A stretch of 64,000 bases of DNA from an uncultured Actinomycetes bacterium (GTDB taxonomy: Bacteria; Actinomycetota; Thermoleophilia; RBG-16-64-13): assembly GCA_937148845.1 (NCBI GenBank), contig CAKZRW010000027.1:3555-67554 (forward strand). Direction: 5' to 3'. The position numbers were made by a program, and so were the translations under genes. Under the pieces are notes generated by a model that was not told the DNA's origin, did not search any database, and saw only the letters and a program-made list of their open reading frames with translations. Positions 27,191 to 34,465 of the stretch are shown here, one piece after another (positions within the stretch are counted from its first letter, which is position 1; each line of letters starts with the position of its first letter).

Positions 27191-28432
27191 ATGACCGCCT
27201 ACCGGAGCACTCTGAGGGCTTGCAACCTGGCGGGCTTCATCCAGAGTGCGACCATGAACCTCTCGCCCTTTCTCTTCGTGCCGCTCAAGCTGCTCTACGG
27301 GCTTTCCTACACCCAGCTAGGAACCCTGGTGCTGGTTAACTTCGCGGCCCAGTTCGCGGCCGACCTGTATTTCGGTGGGCCGGTCAACAGGTACGGATAC
27401 AGGCCCTTCTGCGTGGGTTCGCAGCTGGCCATCGTCGTAGGTTTGGCGCTCTTTGCCGGTGCCCCCTGGCTGGCGCCTCGGAGAGAGATGGTCGTGTTCG
27501 TGCTGGCGACCGTCGTCTTCTCCGCAGCTGCTGGTCTTCTGGAGGTGCTGCTTTCCCCCATCACCAAGAGCATCCCGGCCGAAAACAGCGAGGCCAACTT
27601 CATGATCATGCACAGCGCCTTTGCCGGAGGCATCTTCGCTGCTGCGCTGGTGACGACTTTGCTGCTTCGGGTCTTAGGTATCGCGCGCTGGCAGGTGGTG
27701 GTGGCGCTCTGGGCGCTCCTCCCTTTGTACAACACCTTCCGCTTCGTGAGGGTTCCGCTACCGACCATCGTGCCCCAACACCTGCGCATGAAAACCGCGA
27801 GGCTGCTGGCGCACCCAGCCTTCATAACAGCCTTCATGGCCATCTTCTTCGGGGCGGCCACGGAGCTCCTCATCGTGCAGTGGGGCTCGACCTACCTGGA
27901 AAAGGGTCTGGGACTGCCCAAGGTGGCAGGGGATGTGCTGGGCTTGTGCTTCTTCGCAGCGATGTTGGCAGCGGCGCGTCTCCTGTATGCCAAGAAGGGG
28001 GAGAGGGCGAATCTCAACCACCTCATGGTCGGCGGTTCACTGGCCTGCGTGCTCCTGTATTTGACCGTGGCTTTGGCGCCGAAAGCCTGGCTGGTCCTGG
28101 TGGCGTTCGGGCTCATCGGGTTCTGTTCCTCCATGCTGTGGACCGGGACGCTGGTGGTGGCTGCAGACCGTCTGCCCTTCACCGGAGCGCTGATCTTCGG
28201 GCTGCTTGCCGGAGGGGGAGATCTGGGTATCGCCGTGAGCGGTCAGGTAGTGGGCTGGCTTTCTGATTTCCTTGCGGCCCGCGCGCCGGCGGGCCGCTCG
28301 GCGGCTGAATACGGGCTGCAGACGGCGATGCTGGTGGCCATGGCGATACCGGTGCTGTCCACAATCTGTCAACTCCCCTTGTGGAGGTTGGCTCCCCATC
28401 GTCGCTCGGCCGGACAGCGCCCGCAGGGTTGA
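27191..28432 (+). CDS. MFS-family transporter
   Basis: About 12 predicted hydrophobic helices and an MFS-like N-terminal half. Start is uncertain; 27149 and 27251 are alternatives. Confidence 0.65.
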   Translation: MTAYRSTLRACNLAGFIQSATMNLSPFLFVPLKLLYGLSYTQLGTLVLVNFAAQFAADLYFGGPVNRYGYRPFCVGSQLAIVVGLALFAGAPWLAPRREMVVFVLATVVFSAAAGLLEVLLSPITKSIPAENSEANFMIMHSAFAGGIFAAALVTTLLLRVLGIARWQVVVALWALLPLYNTFRFVRVPLPTIVPQHLRMKTARLLAHPAFITAFMAIFFGAATELLIVQWGSTYLEKGLGLPKVAGDVLGLCFFAAMLAAARLLYAKKGERANLNHLMVGGSLACVLLYLTVALAPKAWLVLVAFGLIGFCSSMLWTGTLVVAADRLPFTGALIFGLLAGGGDLGIAVSGQVVGWLSDFLAARAPAGRSAAEYGLQTAMLVAMAIPVLSTICQLPLWRLAPHRRSAGQRPQG

Positions 28433-28549
28433 GGACCACTCGGTCTCGTTCCAACTGACCGAGAGGTATACACTAGGACAAACCGGGCCGGAGATCACCC
28501 GGCTGGGGCCACCATCGAGTGGGCGGCGCAATCTTATGAGGGAGGGACA

Positions 28550-30634
28550 ATGAGACTCCTGCGCTTCGGCGTGCTGGCCCTAGGGGCCTGCCTTGTTGTG
28601 TTGCTGTTGGCAAGCCCCGCACTGGCGGTGGGTAGCACGCCCCAAGTAGACATTCCCTACGACCACAGCTCGCTTCTAAAGGGCCAGGCGCCACCAGCGC
28701 AGACTCACAAGAACGGCATACCCGACCCGTCTTCGGCCTCCTCAGTGCCTCTGCACGACGGGCGCCCTCCGGATCTCATCTTGACCCTTTACGATTGGGA
28801 TCCTGCTCACGCGGGGCCCCACGACGTGCCGTTCTGGAAGGAGTACAGCGGTCTGCATTCTGACGTCTACGTGGGCTGGAACGACCTCACGCCTCCGCCC
28901 ACCTCTTCGCAGCAGGATCACGTCATCACTGCGGAGCAGATCGCTTACTTGGGCAGGGAGTTCGACGAGCGCATCTGGGCCTCCGATGTCTTCCACTTCG
29001 GCTGGTACAAGTCGCGCGCTCCTCAAAAGGGGATGGATGGCAGCCGGGCCGCCATCTTCGTCTACAACATCCGGGACGAAGCGTATTGGAGCAGCTATCG
29101 CTTCTATATCGCGGGATTCTTCTGGGGCGGTTTGAACGATGCGCTGCAAGTTAACGCTATCTTCATCGACTCCTACAACTGGAAGGACCGCATCGGGCCG
29201 AACGCTGCCCGTCCCTATCTCTACGAAGCCACCATCGCCCATGAGTTCCAGCATCTGATCCACCACGACGTCGACCCCGATGAGGACTCTTTCATAGATG
29301 AGGGCATGGCCGACCTGGCCGAGCAGTTCCTCTACGGGACCGTGACCACAGGCAGCCACATCGCTGAGTACCTTGTATACCATCGCGACTCGCTCCTCGA
29401 CTGGGACGGCGAGCTCTACGACTATGGTGGCGCCGTACTCTGGATGGACTACCTGTTCGAGCGAGCGGGTGGCGGCAGCCTCAGGGGAGAGCCCGCCGAC
29501 AGGGTGACCAAGCAGTACGCCAAGAAGCCGTTCGCTGATACAGCGGCGAAGTTTGCGGATGCCGGCGACAGGTTCATCTGGAATCTGATCCATGATCAAG
29601 CGAACGGCCTTCCAGCGGTGGCCAACTGGGTCGGGGGCCCGGCCAAGGTCGAGGCCCTCCATCGCGACTGGACCCTGGCCAATCTGTTGGACGGTAAGGT
29701 GGCTGAGCCAGAATGGAACTATCGTAACCTGGTCCTGGGAGGGACTGATTCCGACTACTACACCATCCAGGACGGGATCGACTTCTACGACTCCAAAGTC
29801 AGCGGCAACATGCCACCGACGCGCAAGAACGTACGCCGGCGTGCAGTCACCGAACCCTGGGGTGCCTACTACCGGGCCTTCGCGGGAAGCTCACCCGGGC
29901 TGACCATGAGCTTCACTGGAAGTGCTCAAGACGGTGTGGCCGCGCATTCGGCCCCGTATGAGTGGTACTCGGGGCTGGGCAACATGCTCTCGCGGACCCT
30001 GTCCTACATGCTGACTGTGCCGACGGGTGCCTCCACGCTTACTTTCTGGACCTGGTATGACATCGAACAAGACTGGGACTACGGATACGTGGAGGTCCTG
30101 GATGGCTCGGTGTGGAAGTCTCTGCGGCAGGTGAGTACCCTGCCCTCTGGCAGCGCTAACATCAACGGCTCGAGCGCGTGGGCTGGCCCCGGCGGTCTGA
30201 CCGGCAACTCCGGCGGGTGGCAGCTTGCCACCTACGACCTGGAAGGACGCTCGGGAAGCGTGACCGTGCGGTTCCGCTACATGACCGACGAGGCCGTGAA
30301 CGGGCAAGGCTGGTACGTGGACGACCTCGGGGTCGACGGCACGGTGCAGAACGACGTCTCTAGCTCCGCTGGCTGGACCACCAACGGCTGGATCTTCACG
30401 AACGGGCTTCAGAACAACGATTGGACGGCCACTGCCTATGTCCCCTATGCGAAGGCCGGGAAGAGCTGGTACACGGTGCAGTCGTTCGCCGGCCTGCAGG
30501 GCCAAGGGGTTTCTGGCTCGGTTTACTTAGACTGCCAGTACCTCAAGAACGGCTATGTCTATGGCGTGGTCTCGAACCGGCCGGACGGGGTGTTCGACGC
30601 TACGGGCAGACTGACGATAGCAAAGGGGCAGTAG
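28550..30634 (+). CDS. Secreted zinc metalloprotease (HExxH; possibly M6 immune-inhibitor-A-like)
   Basis: Signal peptide (LVVLLLASPALA) and a TIAHEFQHLIHHD zincin motif in a roughly 690-aa protein. The family-level call is tentative. Confidence 0.6.
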   Translation: MRLLRFGVLALGACLVVLLLASPALAVGSTPQVDIPYDHSSLLKGQAPPAQTHKNGIPDPSSASSVPLHDGRPPDLILTLYDWDPAHAGPHDVPFWKEYSGLHSDVYVGWNDLTPPPTSSQQDHVITAEQIAYLGREFDERIWASDVFHFGWYKSRAPQKGMDGSRAAIFVYNIRDEAYWSSYRFYIAGFFWGGLNDALQVNAIFIDSYNWKDRIGPNAARPYLYEATIAHEFQHLIHHDVDPDEDSFIDEGMADLAEQFLYGTVTTGSHIAEYLVYHRDSLLDWDGELYDYGGAVLWMDYLFERAGGGSLRGEPADRVTKQYAKKPFADTAAKFADAGDRFIWNLIHDQANGLPAVANWVGGPAKVEALHRDWTLANLLDGKVAEPEWNYRNLVLGGTDSDYYTIQDGIDFYDSKVSGNMPPTRKNVRRRAVTEPWGAYYRAFAGSSPGLTMSFTGSAQDGVAAHSAPYEWYSGLGNMLSRTLSYMLTVPTGASTLTFWTWYDIEQDWDYGYVEVLDGSVWKSLRQVSTLPSGSANINGSSAWAGPGGLTGNSGGWQLATYDLEGRSGSVTVRFRYMTDEAVNGQGWYVDDLGVDGTVQNDVSSSAGWTTNGWIFTNGLQNNDWTATAYVPYAKAGKSWYTVQSFAGLQGQGVSGSVYLDCQYLKNGYVYGVVSNRPDGVFDATGRLTIAKGQ

Positions 30635-30664
30635 ACCGGGAGTAGAGGCCAGAAGGAGACTGGG

Positions 30665-30701
30665 CCCCGGGGAGGCCGGACCGGGTCCGGCCTCCCCGGG
30701 G
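30665..30701 (+). terminator. Perfect 17-bp GC-rich hairpin with a 3-nt loop, directly 3' of the metalloprotease gene
   Basis: ccccggggaggccggac cgg gtccggcctccccgggg, followed by gggcgTTTG. Coordinates are accurate to about 1 nt. Confidence 0.55.
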
Positions 30702-31191
30702 GGCGTTTGAAGTATCTTGCTCACGCAGGATGCCTGGGTGTCGAGCCTCATTTTCCGAAAGAACGCGGCAAGCGGAAGCCGGACGTGAGCCCCCCCTCAG
30801 GGGTAGCTGGCGGCAAAGCTGGCTACCGCTTCTCAGCCTTGGGGCCGCGGAGGAAGACGACCGGCAAGCAGAGGGTCGTTCCCGGAGAGTGCAAGCGTAG
30901 CCGCGGCGGCCACTATGGTCCCGCGAGGGGTGATTTGTCCGCTTTCAGCGCTCGAGTTTCATTGGCTTACGAGCCAGGCACCACACCAGATCTGGATGGC
31001 CGTCGAGTCCAAGGACTGGCGGCCGGCACCAGGGTCGTCGGCCAGAAGGAAGCGAAGGGTTTGCAGACTGCGCGTAACATCGGGGATTGCCGCTCGCAGG
31101 GGCTTGTCCGAGGACCTTCTGCAAGGCGCGCCTATTATGAGAGACTCTATACGAGTGCCTCCGTTTGCGCGACCAAGAAGGAGCAATCAAC

Positions 31192-31494
31192 ATGCCGGAT
31201 TTCGGAACTGCTTTCTCGGGGCTTGCTCATGACCGCAAGCTTACTCACGAAGAGCTGGTGCGGGCCATCCGCTTCATGGTGGCTGCCGAATACGAGGCGA
31301 TTCAGCTCTACATGCAGTTGGCTGAATCCACTGACCATCAGTTGGCGCAAAAGGTGCTCAAAGACATCGCCGACGAAGAGCGCGTCCACGCCGGCGAGTT
31401 CCTAAGGCTTCTTCATGAGCTCGACCCCGCCGAGCAGGAGTTCTACGCTGAGGGGGCGGCAGAAGTAGAGGAGGAGATCGAACGCCTCCGCTGA
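31192..31494 (+). CDS. Ferritin-like/rubrerythrin-like small diiron protein (about 100 aa, EncFtn-like)
   Basis: MPDFGTAF..EELVRAIRFMVAAEYEAIQLY...DIADEERVHAGEFLRLLHE shows E..ExxH pairs of a ferritin-like fold. The ATG at 31192 follows AAGAAGGAG by 8 nt. Confidence 0.55.
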   Translation: MPDFGTAFSGLAHDRKLTHEELVRAIRFMVAAEYEAIQLYMQLAESTDHQLAQKVLKDIADEERVHAGEFLRLLHELDPAEQEFYAEGAAEVEEEIERLR

Positions 31495-31624
31495 CGGGCA
31501 AGGCGGCTTCTCAGCGGACCTGCGAGCCGCCGGTTGCTGTGCGCGCTCGCCGACGGCGCGTACGGGTCAGGCAGCTAAAGGGTGCAGATGCGCGGCAAGG
31601 CCGTGCCGCTAGAAAGGGGGGAAG

Positions 31625-32197
31625 ATGCAGGTCGCCTGTTGGGTTCTGGGGGTGGAAGAAGACCAGGCAGAGGACATGCTGCCCGATACCATCTCCATAG
31701 GCTTTCCCCTGATCGGTGATCTACGGCGCTACTTGAGCAGAGAGTCTTCCGCGGGTGACTGGGTCGCCCCGGAGACGTCTGGCGAGGAAGAGGAGCATGC
31801 CGAGTGGGAACGCCGACAACGGCGGGCGCTGGTGGCAGATTTCAGGCGGCTCTATCCTGGCGTCCTTGAGGCCCGGGAGAGACATCCCACCCGTATAGTC
31901 GATCCCTTTGGTCTTTGGCTCTTCGCCCATAAGACCGCGGTGCGCGACCTGGTAGTGGTACACGTGAGGCGCGGAGAAGGCCGGGAGGCCATCGCCATAG
32001 TGCGGATCACAGGCCCGTATTTCTACCGAGAGGACTCGCCCTGGCCGCACCGACTGCCGGTAGAAATGGTGACACGCTGCAGCTTCAAGCTCCCCCACCC
32101 GTATTCGGGGTGGCAGGAGGTGTTCAGCCGGGCCATCGAAGACAGCGCGGTGGACCATCTGGCGCGGATGCGCGCGGGGGAGCCGGTCGAAGACTGA
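31625..32197 (+). CDS. Hypothetical protein
   Basis: 190-aa ORF with no recognisable motif. Coding status rests only on length and position. An alternative start lies at 31676. Confidence 0.3.
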   Translation: MQVACWVLGVEEDQAEDMLPDTISIGFPLIGDLRRYLSRESSAGDWVAPETSGEEEEHAEWERRQRRALVADFRRLYPGVLEARERHPTRIVDPFGLWLFAHKTAVRDLVVVHVRRGEGREAIAIVRITGPYFYREDSPWPHRLPVEMVTRCSFKLPHPYSGWQEVFSRAIEDSAVDHLARMRAGEPVED

Positions 32198-32262
32198 GCG
32201 TACGCGCGCGGCGGTGCCCGGGGCTCCAACGGCCTGCCCGACCATGCGACCTCGAGCCTTCG

Positions 32263-34254
32263 TCAAGGTTGGCGATAGGTCAGGCCGAAACCGTAGGGGT
32301 ACGCGGGCTCGACGCCCAGGTGATCCAACCAGGCCTGGCCGTGAAGCGGCCCGTATTCCACTACTGAAGCCTCGGGGTCGAAAGGCGGCAGATGGTCTGC
32401 GTCTGTGGGGATGGTGACGGGCAGGCGACCCGTCGGCCGGCAGCGGCCAAGGAGGACGTCGGCAAGGGCATGTCCTCCTTCCATACCCGGATACCAGAGA
32501 ATGAGGAGGGCCGGTACTAGGTGGCACCAGCGCTCCATGATCACGGCTGACCCACACATGACGACTACCACGGTCCGCGGATTGACCGCTGCCGTCTGCC
32601 TGATGAGCTCCTCATCTTCGGGGTGAAGAGTGAGCGAGCGGCGGTCGCCGCCGCCAGCCAGCGGCGGGTCCGCGGAGAACAGGCCGCCGGTGCGCAGACG
32701 CAAGGCAGCAAGTAGCAGCCGGGGAACGAGGGCAAGCCGCGGCCGGGGCAGCAAGCGCTTGAATGCGGGAGGCGGGAAGTCGCCGAGATACTCGCCCTCG
32801 TCGCGGTAGTCGTATCCCGCCACCACCACAGTGGCGTCGGCGGCGGCCGCCAAGCGCGCCGCGCGCAAGGGTTGCTGTCCGTCGTCATACTGGACGGCAC
32901 AGCCGAGCGGCTCGAGGGCTGCCCGCAACCCCGCAAGAGGGGTGACCACGTAGGGCGGGGTCACCCGACTGGAGCCGCGGTCCCCGGTATTGGGTACAGC
33001 GGCCAGCCGGCCGATGACGGCCAGACTGCGCAAGGTGCGGGGATCGAGGGGCAGGAGCGGCCGTGCCTCTGCCGCGCCAGGGTCGCGGCTGTGTCCGCAG
33101 GCCGGGGGCGGCGGTACCGCCTCGTTGCGGAGCAGCACGATACCCTTGACGGCAGCCTCCCGGGCCAGGGCACGGTGTTCGGGGCAGGCTAGCATTTCGG
33201 AGTTGTAGCGGGGCTCGCCTGGTAGCGCGGTCGACCGGCCGCCCTTCTCGGCCGTATCCCGGTCGCCCTCGCCCGCCGCGGCCAGGTCGTGCTCGCATCC
33301 CATGGCCGGGTCACGCTCGCTCGCCGCGGTCCGGTTCCCCGCGGCCCGGGCTCGGAGCTGAGCCCGCACTAGGCGGAAAGCAGCGTCGTCGATGCGTTCC
33401 TGGGGAAGGACTCCGGCGGTCAAGGCTTCTTGCACGCGGTCGCCGATGAAGATGCGGCAGGGCATCTCCAGGTCAAGGCCGGCCTGCAAGGCGGCGACGC
33501 CGTCACGGATGCCGAAGAGCCAGTCGCTGACTACGAAACCCTGGAATCCCCAGCGTTCCTTGAGGATGGTGGTGAGTAGGTAGCGGTTTTGACCGCACCA
33601 CTCGCCGTTCACCGCGTTGTAAGCGGACATGATAACGGCGACACCTTCGTCCACCACGCGCTTGAAGTGAGGCAGATAGACGGTTTCCAGTACCTCGGGA
33701 TCGACTCTGACGTCGACCTTGAAGCGGGATTCCTCGATGCTGTTGCAGGCGAAATGTTTTGCACAGCCGAGGACGTGGCGTTGCAGCCCGCGCACGAAGG
33801 CCGCGCCCATCTCACCGATGTGCCAGGAATCCTCGCCATAGGTCTCCTGAGCACGACCCCAGCCCGGGTGGCGGAGCAGGTTGAGGCAGGGCGCAAGCAC
33901 GACGTTGGCTCCCACAGCCCGAGCCTCGCGGCCGATGGCCTCGCCGATGCGCTCTTCCAGCTGGTAGTCGAAGGAGGCAGCTCGAGCTATAGCGACTGGG
34001 AAACAGGTGGCGATTCCTCGGGCGACTCCCCGGGGGCCGTCGACGAAGTGGAGCCCGGGAAGACCTAGGCGGGACACTGCGGCTGCCGACCAGAGGGGCA
34101 GCCGCCCGGCGCGCTGCGACTGTGCTTGCGCAAACCCAAGCACCAGGTCGCGATAGAAGTCGAGATCCCCCGCAAGCAGGCGCAGTCGCTCCGGCGGGGT
34201 GAGGAGACTCACCAGACGATGGGCCTCCACATCGAGGTCGGAACCGGTTGCCAT
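32263..34254 (-). CDS. Glycoside hydrolase family 3 (beta-glucosidase/beta-hexosaminidase-like)
   Basis: GH3 N-terminal catalytic-domain motifs (GIATCFPVAIARAASFD, KHFACNSIE, GFVVSDW) and a C-terminal domain. Start taken at the MATGSDLD Met because the upstream extension would overlap the divergent gene. Confidence 0.75.
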   Translation of the reverse strand: MATGSDLDVEAHRLVSLLTPPERLRLLAGDLDFYRDLVLGFAQAQSQRAGRLPLWSAAAVSRLGLPGLHFVDGPRGVARGIATCFPVAIARAASFDYQLEERIGEAIGREARAVGANVVLAPCLNLLRHPGWGRAQETYGEDSWHIGEMGAAFVRGLQRHVLGCAKHFACNSIEESRFKVDVRVDPEVLETVYLPHFKRVVDEGVAVIMSAYNAVNGEWCGQNRYLLTTILKERWGFQGFVVSDWLFGIRDGVAALQAGLDLEMPCRIFIGDRVQEALTAGVLPQERIDDAAFRLVRAQLRARAAGNRTAASERDPAMGCEHDLAAAGEGDRDTAEKGGRSTALPGEPRYNSEMLACPEHRALAREAAVKGIVLLRNEAVPPPPACGHSRDPGAAEARPLLPLDPRTLRSLAVIGRLAAVPNTGDRGSSRVTPPYVVTPLAGLRAALEPLGCAVQYDDGQQPLRAARLAAAADATVVVAGYDYRDEGEYLGDFPPPAFKRLLPRPRLALVPRLLLAALRLRTGGLFSADPPLAGGGDRRSLTLHPEDEELIRQTAAVNPRTVVVVMCGSAVIMERWCHLVPALLILWYPGMEGGHALADVLLGRCRPTGRLPVTIPTDADHLPPFDPEASVVEYGPLHGQAWLDHLGVEPAYPYGFGLTYRQP

Positions 34255-34465
34255 GGTCTTCTCGATCAGGCCTCCTTCCGCGCCTGGAGTCGTTCGCTTT
34301 CCCAAGGGCGCGACCGCGGTGCCCAGCCGGCAGCCCAGGCTGGCAGGTAGTAGTATGGCCGGCCAGCGGCACGCCATGATAGAGTTTACAGACCTGGCCG
34401 GCCAGACCACAGCAAGAGTTCTGCCTGCCATCGGACCCTGCGAGACCCCCGAAGAAGGAGGCCTC

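Noticed and set aside
28742-29662. 306-aa minus-strand ORF
   Set aside because: Antisense to the metalloprotease gene, which has a signal peptide and an HExxH motif.
31020-31080. SRP-RNA-like or cobalamin-riboswitch-like words (gccagaaggaagcgaagg; gccactatggtcccgc) in the 30.7-31.2 kb gap
   Set aside because: These are only short partial resemblances to the conserved cores (GGAAGGAAGCAGC; B12 box). The surrounding pairing does not reproduce either fold, and the downstream gene context does not fit B12 regulation.
30707-31405. 232-aa plus-strand ORF spanning the gap before the ferritin-like gene and running into it
   Set aside because: No RBS, wrong frame relative to the well-supported ferritin-like gene with its AAGGAG start, and a low-complexity translation. 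The gap is treated as non-coding or a possible RNA instead.
31625-32197. Possible encapsulin shell gene next to the EncFtn-like ferritin
   Set aside because: The ORF is only 190 aa and shows no HK97/encapsulin-like features. An encapsulin system cannot be claimed from this window.
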